55,495 bases of DNA from a virus (taxonomy: Duplodnaviria; Caudoviricetes). The notes under the pieces are model-generated. The model saw nothing but the letters and a program-made list of their open reading frames with translations, was not told the DNA's origin and made no database searches. The DNA is taken from positions 1 to 55,495 of the IMG/VR virus record IMGVR_UViG_3300009071_000002; one strand, given 5' to 3'. Shown in pieces: positions 47,722 to 55,464 of the stretch. A program made the position numbers and the translations under genes. Every line of letters starts with the position of its first letter. Position 1 is the first letter of the stretch.

Positions 47722-49343
47722 CAGTATCCAAATACCTCATTTTCCGGCACATATCGTTGCATCTGCCTACTAGAATAGTACGGTGTGCTTGCATTGTGCA
47801 AAGATCGCACCATCATCATATATCGTAACGCATCGTATGCGTGGTCGTCTGCTTTTGTGTCTACATCCTCTGGGTTGTGCTTAGATAGAGGCAATGTAGG
47901 GAGTGTTCTTACTAAATTTGTACAATTGTCCATAATTCTTACTCTTGGTTGTCCTCTGCTGTCACAAGCTAGTCTTCTATGTATTTCTATCTTTCCTGCT
48001 AGTCTGTTTCTGTCGGATGGTATCCATCTACAGCCTTTTCTATTCATTGTTTCTGCTATACTTGGACCTAGCCCTGTTCTGTTCCAACAACTGGCATCTA
48101 ATACAGATATTTGCATGGTTGGGTCGTTTCTTTCTAACTCTAAGATTAGTTCACCAAGAGCTTCGCCGGTTCTACCCTTTATATACAGCTCTCTATATAT
48201 CCAGATATTGTTATCCCAGTCTATAGCACCCCAAAGAATACAAGAAGGACTACTGTAGCCATAATCTCCGGCACGTACCCTAGCCCAACCATCAGGTGGG
48301 TCAAAGGATTCCACGACATGTAGCGATCTACTAAATTCTGTAAAAGCTGCTCCCTCTGCGACATCCCAGTCTCCTTCTAATAATCGTTTTCGTTCTACTT
48401 CTGGTAAGGAGAGCAACATAGCTTCGTATTGCCCATCTATAGCAAGATACGGATTGTCTGTCAACCTTGCTGGTATAAATTTTTTTAGAAATAAAGGTTG
48501 CCCTTCTTTTGTATGTCCTGCAGGATACCTTATTGTTTTCTGTGTGTCAAACTCTTTTGCCCAAAATGCTGATCCGGGTGGGGATGGGTCTATGTACATC
48601 TTCTTTACCCACCAACCTCCTACTCCACCGGGGTTAGCTGTGCACCTCATGTAGAGACCAAGCTGTGGATCGGTACTTCTAAGTCTAGATCTTAGGTAGT
48701 TCCACACGTATGGAGTAGGATACTGTGTTATTTCGTCTATTCCTATCCAATTAAACGCTTGTCCTTGGTATCTTGTTACGTCTCTGTCGTCATCTACGTA
48801 GGAAAACCATATTTTAGCCCCAGAAGGAAACTCCCATGTAGACTTTGCTTGCTTAAACACTGCCCCCGGCACTGCTTTCATGTACAATTGCCTACTTTTG
48901 TCTATAAGTTCGGTCAATTCTGGTAGAGTACGTCTTAGTAGTAGGCCTCTGTGGTTAGGGTTACCTACATCTCTTAAAACATCAGCAAGAAGTGCATATG
49001 ATTTGCCTCCTCCAGCTGCTCCCCCGTACAATACGTCTCTTTCTGGGCTTTCTAAGAACTCTGCCTGTGGTCCATCGTTAGATTTAAAGACAACTTCGTT
49101 CTCAGCAACGTGGTTTCGTACTTTTTCTGGTAAAGCTAGTAGTTCTTCCTCAGATATAGGTTCTTTTCCATGTCCTGAGAGAGCTGCGTCTATCTTACCA
49201 AGGCTTTCTTGTAGTTTATTTGCCCTGTACCGTGCATTTACGGCACGTTTTGATTCTTTTTTTGCTTTTGCTTTAGCGTTAGATAGTTTTGTTGATACGG
49301 ACTTGCGTATCGCTTTCCTATCCAGTTTGGCTTTCGCTGCCAT
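47721..49343 (-). CDS. terL: Terminase large subunit
   Basis: Walker A YGGAAGGGKS, Walker B IGIDE, TANPGG, nuclease DYG and DH.YDALRY. Confidence 0.95.
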   Translation of the reverse strand: MAAKAKLDRKAIRKSVSTKLSNAKAKAKKESKRAVNARYRANKLQESLGKIDAALSGHGKEPISEEELLALPEKVRNHVAENEVVFKSNDGPQAEFLESPERDVLYGGAAGGGKSYALLADVLRDVGNPNHRGLLLRRTLPELTELIDKSRQLYMKAVPGAVFKQAKSTWEFPSGAKIWFSYVDDDRDVTRYQGQAFNWIGIDEITQYPTPYVWNYLRSRLRSTDPQLGLYMRCTANPGGVGGWWVKKMYIDPSPPGSAFWAKEFDTQKTIRYPAGHTKEGQPLFLKKFIPARLTDNPYLAIDGQYEAMLLSLPEVERKRLLEGDWDVAEGAAFTEFSRSLHVVESFDPPDGWARVRAGDYGYSSPSCILWGAIDWDNNIWIYRELYIKGRTGEALGELILELERNDPTMQISVLDASCWNRTGLGPSIAETMNRKGCRWIPSDRNRLAGKIEIHRRLACDSRGQPRVRIMDNCTNLVRTLPTLPLSKHNPEDVDTKADDHAYDALRYMMMVRSLHNASTPYYSSRQMQRYVPENEVFGY

Positions 49344-49584
49344 CTAGGTGTGTTCCTAACTTACTGCGTTTCTTTAAACCTTCATCAGATATATATCTAT
49401 CTGTTTTTGCCAATAGCCACTGGCTTGCTTTTCGCCACCCGCAAGACTTAGCGTATGTTAACGCTTGATCCAGTGCCTGCAGTTCTTCTGGTATAGGAGA
49501 CAAGTGTTTTTCGTCTTCTGTATCTAACACATAACCAAAAGGTATGGTGCTTGTTTTTCTTCGGATTTTACCAGAGTTTTGCAT
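49318..49584 (-). CDS. Small DNA-binding protein (recombinase-domain-like IPFGY + HTH)
   Basis: STIPFGY...P.PEE...L and R.AS.WL...R.IS..GL.K motifs. Confidence 0.6.
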   Translation of the reverse strand: MQNSGKIRRKTSTIPFGYVLDTEDEKHLSPIPEELQALDQALTYAKSCGWRKASQWLLAKTDRYISDEGLKKRSKLGTHLDGSESQTG

Positions 49585-49807
49585 CAGCAAACATTTCCCT
49601 TTGTTCTTCTTCTGGAGTATCATACAATTCATCAATAGCTTCTATCTTATCTTGATTGTTTGCAATAGCTCCTATCCACTTATCCATCTCTGCTGTAACA
49701 TCAGAGTGTTCTCCAATACCTACAGCAGAATGTAATAATACATCAAGGTTAGCTTTTGCTAAACATATATTAGCCACGTACTGTGCCCTTAATGCTTGTA
49801 ACCTCAT
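49568..49807 (-). CDS. Conserved phage hypothetical protein
   Basis: AVGIGEH.D...E motif. Confidence 0.75.
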   Translation of the reverse strand: MRLQALRAQYVANICLAKANLDVLLHSAVGIGEHSDVTAEMDKWIGAIANNQDKIEAIDELYDTPEEEQREMFADAKLW

Positions 49808-49810
49808 AGT

Positions 49811-49981
49811 TTAGTCTTTCTTTTCACGTATAAAAAATCCAACAGCACCGGCTGCACCACAACAAATCATAACTACGCTTTGCCACAGGTCATTTGGTAC
49901 CATTATACCTAACATAGCAAATACACCACTGAGTGCTGCATATGATGAAGGCTCTTTAAATCTATTCATTAGTTCAACCAT
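49811..49981 (-). CDS. Small two-TM membrane protein (56 aa, not in ORF track)
   Basis: MVELMNRFKEPSSYAALSGVFAMLGI...GAVGFFIREKKD; AAGGAG RBS; holin-like layout. Confidence 0.7.
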   Translation of the reverse strand: MVELMNRFKEPSSYAALSGVFAMLGIMVPNDLWQSVVMICCGAAGAVGFFIREKKD

Positions 49982-50096
49982 TATTATCTTCTCCTTGTTT
50001 ATCAGTCATACACGCACAGGGATTTTCCTCTGAACATGTACAGTTTTCACAATCACAATCTTCTCGGTTGCAATACTTTTTATCCTCGTCTGCCAT
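49974..50096 (-). CDS. Metallothionein-like Cys-rich peptide (40 aa, not in ORF track)
   Basis: MADEDKKYCNREDCDCENCTCSEENPCACMTDKQGEDNNG; TAATG-coupled to the upstream gene. Confidence 0.65.
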   Translation of the reverse strand: MADEDKKYCNREDCDCENCTCSEENPCACMTDKQGEDNNG

Positions 50097-50722
50097 TACT
50101 GGCCAGCCAAAGGATTATCTAAAGCTCTTTGTAACATTGTACGTAACCTTTCTTCTAACTCTTTAAGTTTTGTATCAAGTGCTTCGGCTCTACGGTTTGC
50201 ATCAGATTCAATTGCAGTTCTTTTGCCATCAAATCTGTCAGATGCATGGTCAATTAGATCTCGCATGTCTTTTTCTATATTTCTAAGTTCTACTCTTACT
50301 TCTTGTCCAAGTATTCTAGACCTTCTCTCTATACCAGATATTTGATCGTGAGCTTCATGTATACTTGATCTTAAATCTGTACGAATTGTTCTTGCATCAT
50401 CTTGTGCTGCACCAACTAATTCTTTTACCGCAGACATCTCTGTTTCTATATTTGTTTTTAACGAGTCTAACTCAGTCTCTACTACCGTTTCTATGCCAGT
50501 TAATTTTTCTTCTAGCACATCAAGTTTTATAGTAAAGCCAGTAAGATCAGGAGCAACGTAGCCATCTATCTTTTTCTCCATTGCTACCCAACGTGCGTAC
50601 CCTTCAAAACCAGCCCAAAGACTTCCTCCAAGTGTACCAAGTAAAGGTAGGATTAGCAGTAACTTACTGCCTTTAACTTTAATTCCTTTATATTCTACCT
50701 CACTACTCATACTGTTGTCCAA
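50096..50722 (-). CDS. Membrane-anchored coiled-coil protein
   Basis: N-terminal TM then long heptad repeats ending ALDNPLA. Confidence 0.75.
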   Translation of the reverse strand: MDNSMSSEVEYKGIKVKGSKLLLILPLLGTLGGSLWAGFEGYARWVAMEKKIDGYVAPDLTGFTIKLDVLEEKLTGIETVVETELDSLKTNIETEMSAVKELVGAAQDDARTIRTDLRSSIHEAHDQISGIERRSRILGQEVRVELRNIEKDMRDLIDHASDRFDGKRTAIESDANRRAEALDTKLKELEERLRTMLQRALDNPLAGQ

Positions 50723-52424
50723 TCATTTTTTCTATTTGTAGATTTGATCGTACACTAAGGTAACTTCCTAGGGGGTCAGGCATAATAGAATCTGTATATA
50801 TATCTTCTGAAACATACCACGTTGGCTGTACAACTGTTGCTGCATTTTGGTATGTTGTTATGTTTGGACCAAGGGCATTAACAAGAGCAAGGGTTGTAAT
50901 CTGTGATACAGGGTCGTAGCTATTTGGTAACCCTGCTATAATTTGATTTGCTTTTTCTTGTTTCTTTTCCTGCTCTTTAGTTGGCTTTTCCTCCACTGTT
51001 TCTTTTGGTTTTTCCTCATTAACTTCCTTAGCTACAGGTTTTTCTTTTGGTTCTTCTTTTGCTACTTTTTCTTCCTTTGGTTTGTCCTGCTCTTTAACAA
51101 CTTTTTTAACTTTAACTGTATTGCTAGTAGCTGTCTCTTCTTCTGAGCTACTCTCCTCTTTAACTTCTTCTTTAACTTCCGGAGTTGTTTGCATTGGTTT
51201 ATCAGCAACTTCTACAGTCTCCTTCACTTCTTCTTGTGCAACTTCTACTGGTTTAGGTTCAGGTGCCTCTATTTTTGGTTCTTCTACTGGTTCACTCATT
51301 GGTTCTACGTTGTTTATAACAACTTCTAACTCTTGTTCTGGCATCTTGACTGCTACAGTTTCTACTTCCATACCTATATTCTGTATTTCTTCTACCATAG
51401 TTTCAACCTCTACCATCACCTCTTGCATGGACATTTCCCCCATATCCACATCCTGAAACAAACCCTCAACGACACCAACACTTAAAGTTTCAGGCATACC
51501 CTGTACATCATCCATACTACCCATAGAAATTGTAGGCTTTAAATCAAAATGCATTACCGTATCCATGTTTTGCATTTCTGTTTCCATCTCTTGCTGTTCT
51601 TCTACAGTAGCACTTTCATATGTATCCATTAGTTCTAACTGTATAGACTCTTGCATTTGCATCGGCTGGACTATTTCAATCCAAGTATTTACAACTGTTG
51701 TTATGACATTGTAGTTTACTGTATAAGATACATTGTCAAACAAAGGGCCGGTAGCAAGGTTTGTGTTATCTACCCCGCCAACTCTTACGAATACTCTATC
51801 AAGACTGTTATCAAAATCATAGGAGCCTGTATACGTAGTGGCATTGTTGTTGTTCTGTAAGTTTATTTCTCCGGTGTCCCACTGTAGTACGTTATTGGAA
51901 TACCCTTTAGTTTGGAAATATGCACTATCTTCTGTGTCATAAAAGTGCATAGATAATTCCCAATCTAGTGCACCCCCTTGTGTTATGTGAAAGTTACTTA
52001 TATCTACATACTGGTCAAAGGTAGTTAAAGTAGACCCCGTAATCTCAGCGCACTTACCAGATCCAATTTCTTGTGAGGGACAGGTACTGTGCATCTTTGC
52101 TGGTCCAATTCCTCCCCAGTCTGAATCCATGTCTCCTTCTTTGGTGTTGCCCACAAGACCCTGATCTGCGTGGAGGATGTCTCCGGTTGTTTGGTTTTCA
52201 ATAATTGTAATCGTTTGAGTAACTGTATCAATGTGGCCTTCACCTAAATGTTCTGTTTCTACTTCTTCAACGATTGTTTCGCCTTCTTCTAGTAGTTCTG
52301 CCCGTGCTACACTACAATAAAAAAAGCAACAATAACAAACTGCCACCAATGCTAAGACCAGTAGCTTCTTCTTCAGTGGGTAACCAGTCCACATCTGTAA
52401 CATTTTCTTCAACCCATTTATCAT
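50703..52424 (-). CDS. Secreted acidic protein with Glu/Pro/Lys-rich stalk
   Basis: Signal-peptide-like segment ending VARA; beta-rich domain then low-complexity region; start uncertain. Confidence 0.7.
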   Translation of the reverse strand: MINGLKKMLQMWTGYPLKKKLLVLALVAVCYCCFFYCSVARAELLEEGETIVEEVETEHLGEGHIDTVTQTITIIENQTTGDILHADQGLVGNTKEGDMDSDWGGIGPAKMHSTCPSQEIGSGKCAEITGSTLTTFDQYVDISNFHITQGGALDWELSMHFYDTEDSAYFQTKGYSNNVLQWDTGEINLQNNNNATTYTGSYDFDNSLDRVFVRVGGVDNTNLATGPLFDNVSYTVNYNVITTVVNTWIEIVQPMQMQESIQLELMDTYESATVEEQQEMETEMQNMDTVMHFDLKPTISMGSMDDVQGMPETLSVGVVEGLFQDVDMGEMSMQEVMVEVETMVEEIQNIGMEVETVAVKMPEQELEVVINNVEPMSEPVEEPKIEAPEPKPVEVAQEEVKETVEVADKPMQTTPEVKEEVKEESSSEEETATSNTVKVKKVVKEQDKPKEEKVAKEEPKEKPVAKEVNEEKPKETVEEKPTKEQEKKQEKANQIIAGLPNSYDPVSQITTLALVNALGPNITTYQNAATVVQPTWYVSEDIYTDSIMPDPLGSYLSVRSNLQIEKMIGQQYE

Positions 52425-52872
52425 AATCTGGTTTCATCTCCGGATTCTCTGCCCATGCTGTTGCAGCCTCTATTCCTATTTTTCCTCTAAATGGGCACGG
52501 GGTTCCTGCCATTTCCATCGCATTAAACACCCTTGCATCTTGGCAGAGCATAGCTACGGCTCCTACTTTCATTCCCATTCTATATAAGGCACGGCTAAGT
52601 TTTAGTCTTTCACAATTCATGTCTCTTATAGATGTGCCACCTGCTACACCTAATATTTGAGTTTGTATCGCTGCACTCGCTGCATAACTACAAACATCTT
52701 GGTTATTGTTGCCAAACGATGGGGCGTTAGCTGTGCCAACCGTTCTGTCAACCGTGGTAGTTCCCGACACGGTACTACTGGTGGATGTCACCGTATTTGT
52801 TTGTGCCCAAGATTCTTCTTGCCAGAAACCTATACAGACCACTACTAAAATAGCTAGCCACCATTTGTGCAT
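52312..52872 (-). CDS. Secreted/membrane protein with conserved Cys
   Basis: Signal peptide, D.NCERLKL...GMKV.AVA.LCQD.RV...AGTPCP motif, C-terminal hydrophobic tail. Confidence 0.75.
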   Translation of the reverse strand: MHKWWLAILVVVCIGFWQEESWAQTNTVTSTSSTVSGTTTVDRTVGTANAPSFGNNNQDVCSYAASAAIQTQILGVAGGTSIRDMNCERLKLSRALYRMGMKVGAVAMLCQDARVFNAMEMAGTPCPFRGKIGIEAATAWAENPEMKPDYDKWVEENVTDVDWLPTEEEATGLSIGGSLLLLLFLL

Positions 52873-52874
52873 TT

Positions 52875-53291
52875 CTAATCCTCACCGCTGTCAACCACCG
52901 TTGGCATTGCTGACTTGCTTGGCATAAGTACAATTCCGTGCAGTGCCTTTATGTCGTGCTCTTGTTTTTCTATTTTGCCCAGCCCTACTCTGTCTAATAG
53001 AGTTTGTGCTGCCTTTAGTCTAAGTTCTTGTCTAGGGTTTAGTCCGTCATCGTTCATGGACTCTACCACTCTTGATACGGCTGTCGCCGAATTAACGGCT
53101 AGTTCTCGTTTAGATATGTCTACGATTTCGTCTGCAAGGCTTTTAACCAACCATGTTCTAGAAGAAGGAGAGTAACCGGCTTCCTCACAGGCTAGGGCTA
53201 TGTCGCCTTTGTTTACGAAGAGACAGTTGAGAAACTTTTGTTGCTTCTCGGTAACTTCCTTTTTTTTCTCTGCTAAGAGTGCTGAAGTCAT
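52875..53291 (-). CDS. terS: Probable terminase small subunit
   Basis: TEKQ.KFL...A...AGYS HTH and AA..LLDR.G motifs. Confidence 0.7.
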   Translation of the reverse strand: MTSALLAEKKKEVTEKQQKFLNCLFVNKGDIALACEEAGYSPSSRTWLVKSLADEIVDISKRELAVNSATAVSRVVESMNDDGLNPRQELRLKAAQTLLDRVGLGKIEKQEHDIKALHGIVLMPSKSAMPTVVDSGED

Positions 53292-53455
53292 CCGTACGTC
53301 TTGGCCTTTCTCATTCCGCCACCCATAGCGTACGTCTTCTTGTGGACCTTGCCACCACCCATCATCTTTTTCTTTTTAGAAATAACACCTTTACCCATAA
53401 GGATATCCTTCTGAGTAATTTTACCGTCACCGGATAGGTCTGGAAATTTAGCCAT
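53288..53455 (-). CDS. Basic 55-aa protein with EF-hand-like loop and GG motifs (not in ORF track)
   Basis: MAKFPDLSGDGKITQKDILMGKGVISKKKKMMGGGKVHKKTYAMGGGMRKAKTYG read by hand. Confidence 0.75.
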   Translation of the reverse strand: MAKFPDLSGDGKITQKDILMGKGVISKKKKMMGGGKVHKKTYAMGGGMRKAKTYG

Positions 53456-53726
53456 ATGTTTTTGCCTTTCTTATACCACCACCCATAGCGTACGTTTTCA
53501 TTGCCTTGCCACCGTATGCCATCTTTTTCTTTTTAGCTCTGCCACCGTAGGCTTTGTTACCCGGCCCACGAGGTCCAGTTTTTCCTTTAAAGACAGCAAA
53601 GTTATTTATCAGTGCATTTGCAGCAGAATCACTCATTTTACTTAATTGGGTTTGACCAACGCCTGTTTTTTCAAGGGCTTTCATAGTGGCGGCTAAATCT
53701 ATATTGGCGGGTAATTTAAATTCCAC
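53448..53726 (-). CDS. Basic protein with three A-x-GG motifs
   Basis: KAYGG, MAYGG, YAMGG; shares its C-terminus with the downstream ORF. Confidence 0.7.
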   Translation of the reverse strand: MEFKLPANIDLAATMKALEKTGVGQTQLSKMSDSAANALINNFAVFKGKTGPRGPGNKAYGGRAKKKKMAYGGKAMKTYAMGGGIRKAKTYG

Positions 53727-53729
53727 CCT

Positions 53730-53804
53730 CTAGATCTCCGCACACGCATAACAATTAATTTCTAGTCCTACGGCTACTTCTATTATTCTTGGTGATTTCC
53801 ACAT
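53730..53804 (-). CDS. pqqA: Coenzyme PQQ precursor peptide PqqA
   Basis: MWKSPRIIEVAVGLEINCYACAEI (24 aa): W-x-x-P leader and G-x-E-x-x-x-Y core; AAAGGA RBS 8 nt upstream. Confidence 0.85.
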   Translation of the reverse strand: MWKSPRIIEVAVGLEINCYACAEI

Positions 53805-54005
53805 GGTATGTATCCTTTTATATATATATTTATTTTGATTGGGTTGTCTTGGGGGATACGGAGCATAGATGCCCCCTCCGGAGATAGTATATTAATTGTG
53901 CTACCCCCCAAGGACTTAAAATTATGTAACACAAACCGTGACCCCCTTGTGTATATATTTTGTTCTTGTGGGGGCGTGAGTGTACTTGTATTACATGTAC
54001 CTACC

Positions 54006-54033
54006 ATTATACACCGTATATAGAAACTGTCAA
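54006..54033 (-). promoter_or_regulatory. Consensus sigma70 promoter TTGACA-N16-TATAAT driving the late block
   Basis: Both hexamers perfect on the minus strand. Confidence 0.8.
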
Positions 54034-54070
54034 GGAAAAAGTGTTTTTATTATGTTTTTTTATTTTTTAC

Positions 54071-54098
54071 TTGACAAGTCTGAAATACGGTGTATACT
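54071..54098 (+). promoter_or_regulatory. Sigma70 promoter TTGACA-N16-TATACT facing a non-coding region
   Basis: Near-perfect hexamers; shares ATACGGTGTATA with the divergent promoter. Confidence 0.7.
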
Positions 54099-54520
54099 GA
54101 GGGTACTCCCGTTAAGGTAAACCACCCCGTATGTTAACTACAGGTTAACTGTTGGTTCTACTTAAAGTATGCACAGGTTTTACTGGGGAATATCCTGTAG
54201 GAATAGCCCTCTGGTTGGACTGGTGGTTGGCCCCCAAAATTACTGGTAGGGTGGTTCAAAAATATACAAAATTGATTGTGGTTGCATACACATGTACGGG
54301 TACCCCCCAGTGCCCCTATAGGGGGGATTACATTAATAATGTCCAATATTTCCAAGAGTTTACCAGACAATGACAACATAAATTAACAAACAATACTACA
54401 TAAACATTTACACCTGTCCGCACGTGGTTTACATAATGACAATTTTTTGGTTTATCTGGTTGTCAACCTTGAAGGGGGTCTATGTAGTGTATAAAAGCGT
54501 GTCTTTTCCCACCACCACCC

Positions 54521-54557
54521 AAAGAAAAACCCAGCGGTTTAAAACACTGGGTCTCTT
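54521..54557 (-). terminator. Intrinsic terminator (possibly bidirectional)
   Basis: ACCCAG...CTGGGT stem with A-run on the left (U-tract on minus) downstream of 54578..54952. Confidence 0.65.
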
Positions 54558-54577
54558 GTGGTCTATGTTGTGGTTAG

Positions 54578-54952
54578 TTAGTAGGTTTTTAAAAGATTAC
54601 CAGATGCTCCCGCCATCTTAAACAGTGGTTCTAGGTTCTCCGCCTGTTGTGGTTCAATCTGGATATCCACTCGGAAAGGGTCAGAGTTTAGGTCAACCAA
54701 TGGATACTCTCCGCTTGCAACCTTCTTCTTTACTTCCTTGTTAGGAACTCCAAGAAACATAGCAAGATATTTAGAAGTTGTTGCGGAGTAATTCCAGAAC
54801 TTAGCGTCTAGTTCTATCTTATCCGTTGCATTAATGCGCCTTGCGATTATGCTTTTGTAAGACTGAAAGTATGCATCGGAATTGTCGTTTGTTATTACGA
54901 ATTGGTTCGGAACTTCGTTCCCGTGTGGGCTAATCATATTAGAAACGTACAT
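54578..54952 (-). CDS. Conserved phage hypothetical early protein
   Basis: V.NM.S..GN.V.NQF.I...FQSY.S.I...W.YS.TT.KY motif; AGGAG RBS. Confidence 0.75.
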   Translation of the reverse strand: MYVSNMISPHGNEVPNQFVITNDNSDAYFQSYKSIIARRINATDKIELDAKFWNYSATTSKYLAMFLGVPNKEVKKKVASGEYPLVDLNSDPFRVDIQIEPQQAENLEPLFKMAGASGNLLKTY

Positions 54953-55024
54953 GTATTTTCTCCTGTTAATTAAATTAAAGTTAACTTAATATAATATTAT
55001 TCTGTACAGATTAGCAAGTAAATA

Positions 55025-55267
55025 TTATAGTTCCTCATTTTGTAAGCCCTTCACGTGGTAAAATCTTTTAACTTTCTCACGTTCTCCAAAGGTATCTATT
55101 AAAGTTATAGTTTTATAAAAGTTAGATATAAATAGCTTGTAATTATGGTCGTCTAATCTGGCTATTGCCGAATGTAAATCATCGGTAGCTTGCGCCAGAC
55201 TATCAACCCTAGTTGATGCAATACCCATATCCAATAGCATCTCTTTAAAGTATAGATTAGTTTTCAT
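55025..55267 (-). CDS. Hypothetical early protein
   Basis: AAAGGGG RBS; ATGA coupling. Confidence 0.7.
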   Translation of the reverse strand: MKTNLYFKEMLLDMGIASTRVDSLAQATDDLHSAIARLDDHNYKLFISNFYKTITLIDTFGEREKVKRFYHVKGLQNEEL

Positions 55268-55464
55268 TGGTTGCCCCTTTCGTCAGTTGTTAAAGTTAAT
55301 ATTAATAGTACACTTGAACCAACGGCAAGCAATGCCATTAGACACACAAAGTGTACAACCGCAAAATAACCTACATTTGCATCAATAACAGGTTGCATAA
55401 TTGTTAAACCAAACATGGAGTAGCAAATTAAAAACGTTGATAGTGCATACAGAAAGATAATCAT
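55264..55464 (-). CDS. Small two-TM membrane protein (spans the circular junction; 5' part also at 1..92)
   Basis: Two hydrophobic segments; AGAGG RBS. Confidence 0.65.
   Translation of the reverse strand: MIIFLYALSTFLICYSMFGLTIMQPVIDANVGYFAVVHFVCLMALLAVGSSVLLILTLTTDERGNQ

Noticed and set aside
53783-54621. Short ORFs listed in the track across the promoter/terminus region
   Set aside because: They lack RBSs, overlap promoters and hairpins, and have no recognisable motifs; only the unlisted pqqA ORF is supported
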